A DNA stretch of 63,840 nt, the filler included, from Rhabdomonas costata (lineage: Eukaryota), in assembly GCA_019059605.1 (NCBI GenBank). It is 57 parts of 57 records of this genome, joined end to end, with 100 filler letters (N's around TTAATTAATTAA, not from the genome) between each part and the next. Parts side by side here need not be neighbours in the genome. Positions count along the whole stretch, not along the records: positions 11,228 to 12,250 come from JAHMHO010032982.1; positions 12,351 to 13,372 come from JAHMHO010032983.1; positions 13,473 to 14,492 come from JAHMHO010032984.1; positions 14,593 to 15,614 come from JAHMHO010032985.1; positions 15,715 to 16,736 come from JAHMHO010032986.1; positions 16,837 to 17,859 come from JAHMHO010032987.1; positions 17,960 to 18,981 come from JAHMHO010032988.1; positions 19,082 to 20,103 come from JAHMHO010032989.1; 49 more parts are not named here. One strand, 5' to 3'. Positions within the stretch are counted from its first letter, which is position 1; every line of letters begins with the position of its first letter. Shown here piece after piece: positions 12,026 to 23,556 of the stretch. The position numbers and the translations under genes were made by a program. Below the pieces are notes generated by a model. It was given only the letters and a program-made list of their open reading frames with translations, did not search any database and was not told where the DNA came from.

Positions 12026-14592
12026 TGTTTATAATCTATATTAAGAAAATAAATATTTTGTTTCTCATAACAAAGTATTTACTTGATTTATAACACAAGA
12101 ATCTTTTTCTTCTTCTTTTTTGCTTGTCTTTTATAGGCCGTCCTTTCGGTATTCCCTGAGAAATTATATTCATATTAGTTGGAAGTATTGGTTCATCTGC
12201 TTGTTTTGTTCTTGTTGTTCGTCTCCTACCACGTGTTGCTCTTGGTACTTNNNNNNNNNNNNNNNNNNNNNNNNNNNNNNNNNNNNNNNNNNNNTTAATT
12301 AATTAANNNNNNNNNNNNNNNNNNNNNNNNNNNNNNNNNNNNNNNNNNNNGGAGGGGGGGGGGGAAGAGGCGGGAAGGAATCCACGACCATTGCCATTGA
12401 TACCATCGACTGAGAGGAAAAAGAACACCACAAATGAAGTTAGTAGAAAGATAAACGCCGATCGTAACCCTTGAAGGACCACTGCCCTTCACTGAGAGAG
12501 ATTGGAGAGAGGGAACTGACCTCCGCGTTGCGAGCTCGGGCGGAGCCCTCTACGAGCTGCCTGGCCAGACGGAGCATCAGCGGCTGTGCGGAAGCGCTCC
12601 ACAGCATCCCATACGCCGCACTCCACAGCCCAGCCTCCGGCTCAACCACCCGCGCTATGCGTGAACGTATGTAAATGTGCGTGTGCAGGGGCTTGCGTAC
12701 ACGTAACAGTCAGGCAGGAACATCAGAAAGAGCAGAGATTTCGCAAGTTGAATGGATCGACACCAAAAGCAAGAAGTGAAAGCAGCTTCGCGGCAGGCGC
12801 ATGACGGGAGGACAATGGAGAAAAGGGCGCTCACGAGAGAAAGGTGCACGTCCCATCTACATTTACACACCTTTGGAGGTGGACGTCGAGGATGCCGCTG
12901 CTGAGGTGCTGTAAAAGAAGTGAGATGAAAAAGAAGGACTCCAAGGGCTCGACGCTATTCAGAGTGCAGGGATCCCCGATGCTGTCAAAATGCTTATGGG
13001 CGTTGGTGATGTAGGGCTGCCAAAAACAAAGCATGTGGTTCAGTTGTAGGGAGCCGCAAGTTCCGTTCAGGGGTGGGGCTCAATTTTCACCCTGCCGTGG
13101 TAAAGGGAATTGTATGTTGGGCACATAACGGTGGCTTTTGCCTGAAAGACAACGTAATCAAGCGCATGCGCTGCTGGCCACGGGCAAGGAGAGTGTACGT
13201 GTGTGTCTCCGGGGGGGGGGGCGATGTGCCCCCAGCATCAATTGTGCTTGTCAGCAACAAACATGATCAAATATCTTGTCACGCTGGTCAAAAACAACTG
13301 CAGAATCCCGTCTGATGATCCCACAAAAGGTCAAGAAAACACGAACCTGCACTCTAACCCCACAACCACAACNNNNNNNNNNNNNNNNNNNNNNNNNNNN
13401 NNNNNNNNNNNNNNNNTTAATTAATTAANNNNNNNNNNNNNNNNNNNNNNNNNNNNNNNNNNNNNNNNNNNNGTGGTGGGTGGGGCTTGGATCATACTGG
13501 CTAGGACCCTAGCACATAAGAACCATTGACTGTCCAGGCCCCCTTCGCGCCATGAGATATGCCATATGCCATTGCTCTTGAGAACGTACTGCAATGGTTG
13601 CAGCGTCGGTTTTTCTCTGTCCAGGATAGCTTCGAGTCCACGGTGCAGAATCTCATTGAGCTCAGAAAGTGTGTGCCTGTCTTTATTTGCACACACACCC
13701 ATCGCGCTCGCATTCCTTCCACAGGTTCTGCTTTTTTATTTCCCAGACCTCTGCTATGTAGTCCTGGGGTCTCGAGAATGGTTTCATGTGCCACTGAGCG
13801 TTGGCATCCCTAGGACCCAGGGCGGCAGGATACGGCACCAAGGTACTGTAACGATCACGCTTTGCCCCAATGAAGTCCGGCCCATGATGGCAGTGCTCAT
13901 TCTTCATCGCGCTTCAAAAAGCCTTAACCAGCTGAAATTAATGGAGGTCAAAATCTGAAAATATCTGAAGACCTTCGCCTCTTTTCCTCCCCTTTCACCT
14001 CCCTTCCCGGAGTACTGCTGCTTTTCATACTCTAGCGCCCCTTGGTTTTAAATGCCGTTTTGCTTGTCAGATGCCTTCCGGTAGATTCCTGATCTAAAGC
14101 CCCCATTGGTTGCACTACTACAAAGCCATAACGATTGACAAAGCTCAAAAGCCCAATCACACGGCTGTCAACCTGTCAACAATTCAACTTCCTTTGGCTT
14201 CTTCACCAATATAATCTTATGGGATTGTGGACCCAACAGTCCTACCCTCACTCAATATTCATTTCCGCCGTTACCATCCCCTTCGTCCGCACTTGCGGTT
14301 CGTTTGCTTTTCTATCCATATCGGTATTTTTAAGCCCGAGAACAACGATGTGTGCCCTTTTGAGGCTGGTGGGCAAAGACCCGCATCCCCTTTCCCGTGT
14401 GTTTGCAGTGGGGCTCAGCTTACAAAAAACAACACCGATCAAGTATAATTACCACTGGTGTTCACCACTATATCCTCCCTGCCCACACAACCNNNNNNNN
14501 NNNNNNNNNNNNNNNNNNNNNNNNNNNNNNNNNNNNTTAATTAATTAANNNNNNNNNNNNNNNNNNNNNNNNNNNNNNNNNNNNNNNNNNNN

Positions 14593-14731
14593 TTGTGGTG
14601 TGTTTAACACCAATGACTCTTTCGGAGAATGAACTGTATGATTGCATTTTTTATATTAAATTATTTGATATACAAAATGCAATCATACAGTTCATTCTCC
14701 GAAAGAGTCATTGGTGTTAAACAGACCACAA
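14593..14731. repeat. Terminal fold-back inverted repeat (~58-bp arms), probable amplification chimera
   Basis: 14593-14650 is the reverse complement of 14674-14731 except one C>G inside the terminal G/T-only stretch. Confidence 0.9.
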
Positions 14732-15495
14732 CGGTAGACATAACATCCATAATTCAAGCGTCCTTGTCCTCGAGATTGTGACATGGGTTTGGCGTCCCAG
14801 GCTGCAGGATTTTTGCTGGATTGTTGGCGGGGCGCTTCTGGTGCTCATAGCGCACTGTCAATTGGGACTAGGGGGGACTCGATGATCGCTGCATGGCAAG
14901 TTCGCGACAGTGGCCCGCCTATCCATAGATGCGGCCGTGGTTTCATCCTCGAACTTCCCGACTCGCTTCGACTCGCTGAAGTATGTATGATTGCCTTTTC
15001 ATTGGGGTGCCGCAGATCTGCTGGGTATGCCCTGCATGTCGTGGAGTTCAGTGGATCTTCCCAGAACGTGCATCGGGAATGCAAGAGGCCAGCCGGAAAA
15101 CGCGTGGGAGAGCAGTTGGAATGACAGTGCGCCTGAGCCTCATCCCATTCTCTTGATTCCGCAGTGTCCCTGAACTGGTCCACGCCTCCACCCCAATGTC
15201 TCCGAACGACCTGCTATGCGTCAAGCTTAACCCGATTGGTTCCACAGTTGCCGCTGGGCGAAAAGTGCGCGAAACGGGGAAGATTCAAAGTGACCTAAAC
15301 ACTTAAAAAGACATGTCAATGTTGATGAGGCGCAAATGATGACTCCTCTGCAATCCACGATAGAGACAGTTTCTTTTGAGCACAGCAGTTTAGTTTTGTA
15401 CGAAATGCCAACTCGCAAAAGTGTGATGCATCACTGCTGCAGCAACCGCCATCAGGTGTTTGAACAAGTTGATTTTTGTGGAAATGCATACAAAG

Positions 15496-15614
15496 GTACT
15501 TGGATTTGGCTGGGCCTCCGAAGAAGGAGGTCCTGAAGGCCTTTGCGGGATTCACCACCGACCCCGCCCAGCGCGAGGAATTCACCTGTCTGCTGAAGAG
15601 CAACCCACACACCC
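15496..15614 (+). CDS. Exon of a diflavin reductase (NADPH-cytochrome P450 reductase/NDOR1/MTRR family FAD-binding region)
   Basis: ag|YLDLAGPPKKEVLKAFAGFTTDPAQREEFTCLL matches YLDIxxPPxxxxLxxLAxYxxDPxExE. Confidence 0.75.
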
Positions 15615-16076
15615 NNNNNNNNNNNNNNNNNNNNNNNNNNNNNNNNNNNNNNNNNNNNTTAATTAATTAANNNNNNNNNNNNNNNNNNNNNNNNNNNNNN
15701 NNNNNNNNNNNNNNGCCACGGAACATGCGTTGCATTCCAATCCACTCGTAAGTGAATCATAGAGGAGCATCATACATGCCTAACTGGAACCTGAACGAGA
15801 CATTTTTCCTGGATATATTTGTTGTTTTGCAATTTCCAATTGAGAAAAAGGCCAGCCCCCAAAATTAATGGAGCTGTTGATGAAAGGAAACACCAAAATG
15901 AAGCCGAAGAGGTTTACCATCAAGCCGAAGAATCAAAAGAAGGATTGGAATTGTTATGCGACTTTTGGACCTGTCGTGTCAGAGTACGAAATTGAGAATT
16001 GCAAAAAGGGATGATGTTGCAGTGGTGCGGCACCGACCAACAAGCCAATTGGTGGTCGGGAAAGGGGCATGCGCAC

Positions 16077-16253
16077 CCCGGTAAACGAGATGAAGGGTAG
16101 CCAGCACCACGAGGGCAGGTGGGCCCGGCTCAGCAGGTAGCATCCCAGCAAAGTGACTACGGCAGTGCCGGAGGCGAGGAAGGGCAGCGCAACCGTCACC
16201 CGCGGTGAGGACGGAGTGAGAAAGGCCCGAACAGAGCGCAAAAGGCGGGGCAT
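16077..16253 (-). CDS. First exon of a membrane protein, possibly Frag1/DRAM/Sfk1 family
   Basis: ATG, then a hydrophobic helix VALPFLASGTAVVTLLGCYLL, then LPFISFTG|gt, which resembles the family LPYISDTG motif. Confidence 0.45.
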
Positions 16254-16577
16254 CGCTCTGCCGCTCAAGGAGGACGGTGCCAGGGTAGAAAAATGGTCTT
16301 ACCGAAAACTCCACAGCCCGTCAAAAAGCATTTGCTGCGCCCCTTCCCTCCCCCTCTCCTCCTTGGATACGTGTGAGGAAACGTGGCAATAAGGCTTGCA
16401 TTTTGTGTATGGGGCAGCAGGCTGCAAGCGATGCGCCCTGGAGAGGAGTGCCTGTCCTCACTTCAGCATCACTGTTCAGCAATTTCGAACAGTATCAATG
16501 CCCTGAAATTTTGAAGTAGCGAAGGCTAAGGAAACGACAAAGCGAACAATGACAGCCGAATTGGGATGCTGTAAAAG

Positions 16578-16736
16578 GATGTGTCATGATTGCATCTTTG
16601 GCGGAGGGTCCTTCCCAACAGTTGGTGTCAAATTGCCTCAAACAGGCCGTGCTTCAGTGAGTGCCGAAGACTGCAGGTCTCTTTTTCACCAACTGTTGGG
16701 AAGGACCCTCCGCCAAAGATGCAATCATGACACACC
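16578..16736. repeat. Terminal fold-back inverted repeat (~48-bp arms)
   Basis: gtgtcatgattgcatctttggcggagggtccttcccaacagttggtg at ~16581-16627 recurs as its reverse complement from 16687 to the contig end. Confidence 0.9.
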
Positions 16737-16932
16737 NNNNNNNNNNNNNNNNNNNNNNNNNNNNNNNNNNNNNNNNNNNNTTAATTAATTAANNNNNNNN
16801 NNNNNNNNNNNNNNNNNNNNNNNNNNNNNNNNNNNNGAAAGCCACAGGCTCAGTGGGAGAGTAGCATGACCACATGGTCCCAAGCCCCGGGAAAGGGCCT
16901 CATTAGTCGGAGGGAGTTGTGTCTGACCCATG

Positions 16933-17859
16933 CTAAACGAGTCTCCGGCGTCGGGAGGGGAAACGATGGTCTGCAGCATCCGCGACAGTACGTGTGCGTT
17001 TACGCGACCGGGGAGGATTGTGTGCAGCTGTTGTGCAGCGAGTTCCAGCTGAGACGCAAGATGAGGAGCCCAAGACGGGGGAACTCGGGGAAGAAGGTGG
17101 GTGGGCTGGGAAATCAGTGGTTCCAAAAGGGGACGGGTTTGTGTGGAGAGCGGTGGATTGAAACACTTCGGGGGGCCACATCGAGAGCAATGGCAGGGTA
17201 GTGTGGATAAAGGGGAAAGGGGTCGGCTCAGAGGGACGCCAAAGTGAGAGAGTTGTGGGGAGTGAAGGAAGGGGTGCCGTGGGCTCAACATAGGGTTGCA
17301 GGGATCCCGGGCTTTTCCATCGACCCCAGAGGGCGATGGAGGGGAGAGAGGCTCCGAGACGGAGGAGAGAGGTGGCGCCAGCCCGACGGAAGGCGTGCCA
17401 CGTGAAACTCGGGCGAAGGGAGGATGGGACAATTTCACGGGCGTATGCAAGCGCACGAGAGACGTTGAAGAGAGGCTGCCCGGAAATGTACCCAGAGAGA
17501 AAGGTCGCAACGGGATAGAGGGAAGGAGGTATGGCACGCCATACTTCTGGGAGGGTGTGTTTGGCTGGGGAAATGCGGATGTGTGTGGACGAGAAGTCAG
17601 AGGGGCGGAGGCGACGCACTTCTGAGACCCGAAGAAGGAATACCCAGGAGAGTAAGACGGCAAAGTAGTCAAGAGCGGTCGCGGGGGTGGGGGACACGAC
17701 CGTATCAAGCCAGCTGGGATCAAACCAAATGCGCGTGCGACGGGAACTGGGACTGGAGGCTGGAAGAGAAGACATGGCCTTGACGGCCTGCCAATGCAAG
17801 TGGGAGGGGCCGATGGGGAGGGCTGAGAGCATGTGCAGGTGCGCCCACGCCGAAACACA
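16933..17859 (-). mobile_element. Tyrosine recombinase ORF of a DIRS/Ngaro/VIPER/TATE-type (YR) element, 5'-truncated
   Basis: Intronless frame open from the contig end, with catalytic motifs in order: FLLRVSE (R), SPAKH (K), TWHAFRRAGAT (H-x-x-R), WGRWKS (W), LQPYV (Y). Confidence 0.85.
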
Positions 17860-18176
17860 NNNNNNNNNNNNNNNNNNNNNNNNNNNNNNNNNNNNNNNNN
17901 NNNTTAATTAATTAANNNNNNNNNNNNNNNNNNNNNNNNNNNNNNNNNNNNNNNNNNNNAACTTGCAGACGATTTTATAGTGAAGCCGCCGTTCATTAAA
18001 ACGTTGCAGCTTGGCTGATAGGTTTGTGCACCCTACCTTCTGTCTGCAACTCTCTTTTCCCATCCCCTTGCCCTTCCCTTGCGGTTAAAAAGTCCGGTTC
18101 CCACGTCATGAATCATCCAACAATATTCCAGGTGAGACCGAATGCCCGAAAATGGGGTGGGACGGGGGAGGTTCAC

Positions 18177-18509
18177 CGTAAGGAAGCCGAAGACAAGCCC
18201 GGGCTTGATGGCGTTGATGCAGAACAGCAGCATCAGGGCGCACACGAATGTCAGGAAGCCCAGGATGATGGTCATCACGGAGAAGGCCCGCACGGTGTTG
18301 AGGTAGCCCAGGCACTTCCCCGAGTATTCATTGGCTGGGAAGCAGTGCGTGCCGTAGCAGCTCGACCACAGCCCCTCGTGCACGCCGTGGGTTGAGTCCA
18401 CGGCCCACCACCAATCCGGAATTGAGGTGCTGATGATGCCCAACACCCACACCAGCAGGAATATGAACACCGCCCCTCCGGCGGTCCCCTTGCATACTCC
18501 GTAGCCCAT
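18177..18509 (-). CDS. PMP22/EMP/claudin-superfamily tetraspan membrane protein, first exon
   Basis: TM1, then W...GLWSSCYGTHC (W-GLW-C-C motif), CLGYLNTVRAFSVMTIILG, TM2. Ends ACG|GT. Confidence 0.8.
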
Positions 18510-19740
18510 TTCTCACTGGTCACCGCGGAAAAAGAAAGGCACTGAGGTAAAGACCGCCGCCGGTTCACTGCAGGAAAGGATGAAAAGGATCGTGAGAATC
18601 GATGTGGCCGCAAAACTGTTGAAAGGCAGCTAGGTAGGTATCTGCCCCAATCTCATCAGCCCAAACAGCACAGATTCAGCCTATTGTAGCAGTTGTTGAA
18701 AAGAAAGCACTGACCAACAGTGCGATTGTTTCATAGATATCCCACTCCAATCTGGTCGATCCGTTGCGCCATGGCGGCTTTGACATGTCTCTAGAACGGC
18801 CCTGTTAGAGGCCAAAACCGCAGGGAACATCTCAACTTGATGAATTCCTTCGGCGCTAGTGCATTTATGGGCCCCCCCTATCAAGTGCATTTATGCCCCC
18901 CTCCCCAAATCCGCTGGAACCCGCACATCCATGTCAAACAAATTTAAGCACCTGGGGTTTCAATAGCAGCGGCATATTATTNNNNNNNNNNNNNNNNNNN
19001 NNNNNNNNNNNNNNNNNNNNNNNNNTTAATTAATTAANNNNNNNNNNNNNNNNNNNNNNNNNNNNNNNNNNNNNNNNNNNNGGGTGTGGTGTGTTTGGGT
19101 GGTTGTTTTTTTCTCAGCTTTTCTTGCAGTCTGTGACGTGGGGTGTGAACCGGAAAAGAATATGGATGGGTGGGTGGAAGGCTGGATAGTCAAACGGAGG
19201 ATGCGCAGATGGAGCCCAGGACATCTAGGTGTCTTCGTGAACAAGCGACCCACAAAACCCGCTCCTCCCCCGTTGGATGGGTTCTGGCTTGGATGGGTTC
19301 ATTCCCTTTGGGCGCGAAACCCAATCTCCGTGTGTCACGTTTCACACCTGGGTCTCAACTGAAGGACTCGCAGACAGGGCGTGAGAGAGCGATGGTAGAA
19401 AGAGAAGCGGTGCTGGTGATACATTTCCGCACGTGGTGAGTTGGAGTGGTAGGGGAAAGTAATGGCGCAGACAGGGAATGAAGAAAGGGCTTGGAAAATA
19501 TGAGGGTGAAGGTTAGTGAGGGAGGAAAGAGCTTCTTCCGTTCCGCAAGTTCTAGAAAAACGAACGACGCCTTGATGGCCCTCGCACTCTTCGAGGGGAG
19601 AAAGGCTGCCGCGGGTATTGGTATTCTGCCGTCAATCACCTCTGCTGTGAGACGGGAGCATCTATCCTGCCCTGGTCACAGATTCGATTCTCTAACGCAA
19701 GCTTTATGGTTTTCCGGGCAAACACCACCATCACCATTAG

Positions 19741-19921
19741 GTTCCTCAGAAACCTACCCACCTCTGGCCCGAGCACAGTGCTGGAGACCTCCTTGGAGCC
19801 CTACGGCGCAGTGTTTGTGGTTCAACTCTCCATCACGGGGCAGGTGCGGCCGGACTTCTTCGCGCACGGGCTGAACTGGCGGCTGCACGTGGTCCTTCCC
19901 CAGGCCGAGTACTACGACGGG
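19741..19921 (+). CDS. Internal exon of an unknown protein
   Basis: AG...GT-bounded GC3-rich frame FLRNLPTSGPSTVLETSLEPYGAVFVVQLSITGQVRPDFFAHGLNWRLHVVLPQAEYYDG. Confidence 0.45.
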
Positions 19922-20203
19922 GTAGCGTCCGATATCCCACTCATACATCTTATCTTATTCACAGGCCCCTCCCTGCAAAATTGTTGCTTTGACTTTTTCG
20001 TGCGCCAATGTGATGAGGAAATTTGCTAATCTATTTCCCCTTTCACGGCAGAATGCGCTATCATCCTGAGTCGCAGTGCTGCACGGTTTGTTTCCAACAC
20101 CACNNNNNNNNNNNNNNNNNNNNNNNNNNNNNNNNNNNNNNNNNNNNTTAATTAATTAANNNNNNNNNNNNNNNNNNNNNNNNNNNNNNNNNNNNNNNNN
20201 NNN

Positions 20204-21116
20204 GAGAGAACAGCTATCTCTGATCCTACAGAACGCGGGAGCGTTCTCAAGAGACGCACGATTTTGCACGCGCCGAAACTTCAATATGTGGGTTCCCCAG
20301 CTCGCACAGCTTCTCCATGTCCTCAATAATTTTCCGCTTGTGGGCACCTGTCCTAGAGGAGATGAAGGCATCCGAACCGATCGGGTGCCGAGAGTGACCA
20401 GCCATTCGACCGAACTGGAAAATTTCGCTTGGGCTAAAAGTGTCCCAGGAGGTGGTGGGCCTGAAGGGGAGCTGTAAATACATATGCCCAGGTTAAGTTC
20501 AAAACCCCAGAGAGCTTTGGCACGGATTCGCCCCAGTACTCGTTCCAAAACATCGACACATTCCAGAAAATCCGCCATCATCTCGGTACCAGCTTTGGTC
20601 ACGCATCGGAAGTGAAGAGAATTCACGAACCAACGGATACAGTGTGAGCGAGAAGAACAGGAAGCCGTAGGGATCCCCCTGTTGCACACCCGCCTGCGAT
20701 AAAATCTGGATAAGTGGGGTTGGATGCGAGTAACTGTATTTGGCGATGCTAGTAATTGGGGTACCCGCCTGGCTACAGCTGCTAGCATTTGCGGGAAGGC
20801 CCTGCGGAAGTCCCGGGAGGAAAGGAGCACCGCGCTTTGCGAACCTCATCCCGGGTGAAGGGTTCCAATGCTGCCGCAGGCTCAGAAGAGGGCATAGAGG
20901 GGGCTCCGCAGAAGGGTGGAGAGGGCACAGCTGGCGTTGGGTGTCCGGAGGCAAGGTACCGCGTTCTCGAGTAAGCGGCTGTGCTGCTTTTGCTGAGTGC
21001 ACCCTCCTTGACTGCTTGAAGTACCGCATGCCGCAACTCGGGCTGTAGGATGCCTTCCTCGTTCTGTGGTGGCTGCTTCGGAAGTTTGACTGGCTTAGGA
21101 ATCTTGCCCAGCACAC
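20204..21116 (-). mobile_element. Degenerate non-LTR retrotransposon reverse transcriptase (CRE/SLACS-like clade)
   Basis: Frameshifted motifs DFRRAF (RT motif A), AGVQQGDPYGFLFFSL (motif B), WYRDDG (YxDD) and GFELNLG (LNxxK region). GVQQGDP is typical of CRE-clade elements. Confidence 0.85.
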
Positions 21117-21517
21117 ATTAGTTCAATTTGAAGAACTTTTCATACAATGCAGCTGAAATCAGTTGATGTGGCAATGAGTGACCCTCCAAGTTCTAGCCCA
21201 ACCCAATCAGAACNNNNNNNNNNNNNNNNNNNNNNNNNNNNNNNNNNNNNNNNNNNNTTAATTAATTAANNNNNNNNNNNNNNNNNNNNNNNNNNNNNNN
21301 NNNNNNNNNNNNNTGGTTTTGTGTTAGCATTGCACAACCCAATGGAAAAAAGCTATCACTTGTGTCTAGGGGTCTAGGGGCAGACGGAGAATGCCAGCTC
21401 AACAAATACAGCCACACTTGACCGCTTGCTGTCAAGCCCACACACTCAGCAACAGAACAGGAGCATGGAAAAGAAGCATGGGGATGCAGCTCGTTTTCGA
21501 GAAATTGCACCCCACAC

Positions 21518-21663
21518 CGAGGAAAACGAGGGAGACAAACTGAACCGCAAAGGACTCGAACATCCCCGTCTGAGTGGACGTGTCCACCTGTAGGAAGGCC
21601 AGGCCCAGGATAATCGCCACGGCCACCATGAGCATGAATCGGATGTAATTGTACCCCGGAGAC
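21518..21663 (-). CDS. ABCG/PDR transporter exon (start of ABC2 membrane domain)
   Basis: tgcAG|..SPGYNYIRFMLMVAVAIILGLAFLQVDTSTQTGMFESFAVQFVSLVFLG|GT matches the RSPxYNxxR...LGxxF pattern. Confidence 0.8.
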
Positions 21664-23556
21664 CTGCAAGACAAATACACCACAAGAGGATCGCGTCACA
21701 AGGTTCATCAAAGAACTGGACAGATCACTGCACAATCGAAAAGGGAGAGGAAAGGGCTGAAAGGGCTGGAACGGGAAAGCTGGGAAGGAACCTGAACTTG
21801 AGCTTATTCGAGGTTAGGAGCCGCTTGCTAGTCGATCTTACAGTGTCCAGTTCCGTGTACAACGCAAAAAAAAAGGTGAGTAAGGGAAAAAAAAGGCAAA
21901 AAAAAGGCAGTTAAATTCCCCGCGTGCATGGTTTCTGCTTGGTTTGGGTTGTGTGCCGCTTTGGGGTCTCAAACCGAGCGAGGCCCCAAGCTGAATCGTG
22001 CCAATCGTGCCACACGGTGGCGACGGTGGGTTCTGATGACTGGCGTACACTGGACAGGTCGCGATTGGAGGGGCGCCCAACCTTCTGCGCTCGCCCAGTG
22101 CATCAGCTTCTCGAGAATGGCATCAACAGTCCGCAAGCTTTATTCTTTCATCCTCCTGCCTTTTTCCAGTTGCCGCACACAAATATACACACATTATGTC
22201 ATGGAAAGGGTGTATATTCTCTGGGTAGGACTCGGTACACTTCCCCCGAGCTCCCAACTTTCGATCGCCTCGCACAGTTGCCCCCTCTGGCTTTCCCCAT
22301 GTGACCCCGTGCCACACAGACGTACCGCCAGTAGNNNNNNNNNNNNNNNNNNNNNNNNNNNNNNNNNNNNNNNNNNNNTTAATTAATTAANNNNNNNNNN
22401 NNNNNNNNNNNNNNNNNNNNNNNNNNNNNNNNNNTTGTTTTGGTACGCTTCAGAGCGTGAGGTTGTCGTGGAAGGTGCTGGTTCACCCCAGGGGTGTGGG
22501 GCAAGCTATTTCATCATTCTTTTCGCTTAACTTGTGTGGTGGTTGGGACGCGAACGGGCGGCGCGTGTTGTTTACCGATGCTCGAACAGGCTGACCATCC
22601 CAAGTGTGACGATTCGGTTGAGCTTCAGTTTACTGTGCAGTGTAATGTATCTTCTCTTTTTTTTTTTTTTTGCTTCTGAGAAGGGTGAAGCGACCGGAGA
22701 GGGGGCACTCCTGATGTGATTGGAGACCTAAGCCACTAAGCCGCAAAACCATGACGCTGTGAACGTTCATATTTTGATATTCTGATCGAATTTCCCCGCT
22801 GCGCACCGCAGGACGGGCAAGCTTCAGGGAAAGGTCGTCCACACGGACCCGATCTCTCACCGTATGCGCGGCTGCTCTCGTGGCCTTAAAGGCATCTCGC
22901 GATGCCTGTGCTCTCTGTATTTCTAATTATAAAACTGCACTTCCAAGACAGGAGGTCAAGCAGGTTCATTCACTAAAGGTGTGTGCGTGGGGGGGTCGGC
23001 GTCAATAACCCTATAAATGGAAGGCATAAAGGAACGATTTTCTTTCCATTTCCTCCATTTCTGTGGTCGCCGTGGGTCTTCGGTGGCTGCCTGTGCTTAG
23101 GACTCTTTTGGACATGGTTGGTGCTCCCTCGCACAACTTCGTATCCCAGTGTTGCTGCTCACGAAGGGAATTCGCCGCTGATGTATTTTCGCAGGCGCCT
23201 CCCAGGATGCCCGGCCCGTGATTATGATGTACGGGTACCCTCAAGACACCCTGATCCCCCACTGGCAAAAGAAGCTGGCGGGGAATTACCCGCAGAACCG
23301 CGTCTCCGATCCCCTGGTTTACGTGGTGTGTTCGATGCAGTTCCAGTGTATCTTTCTTTGTGTTCTCGGCAGGACTTTGGTTTGCAGTTTGGGCACAACA
23401 ATTTTGGAACCCCCCACACCAAGAAAGATACACCCCAACCCAAACACTCCCAACATNNNNNNNNNNNNNNNNNNNNNNNNNNNNNNNNNNNNNNNNNNNN
23501 TTAATTAATTAANNNNNNNNNNNNNNNNNNNNNNNNNNNNNNNNNNNNNNNNNNNN

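Noticed and set aside
14593-14731. Long hairpin as a pre-miRNA or MITE
   Set aside because: One arm is flush with the contig end and carries a primer-type mismatch; the same pattern occurs in four other contigs.
11228-17859. Capsid-like gene and tyrosine recombinase as one integrated virus
   Set aside because: They are on different contigs with very different GC content, so their proximity is an artefact of concatenation.
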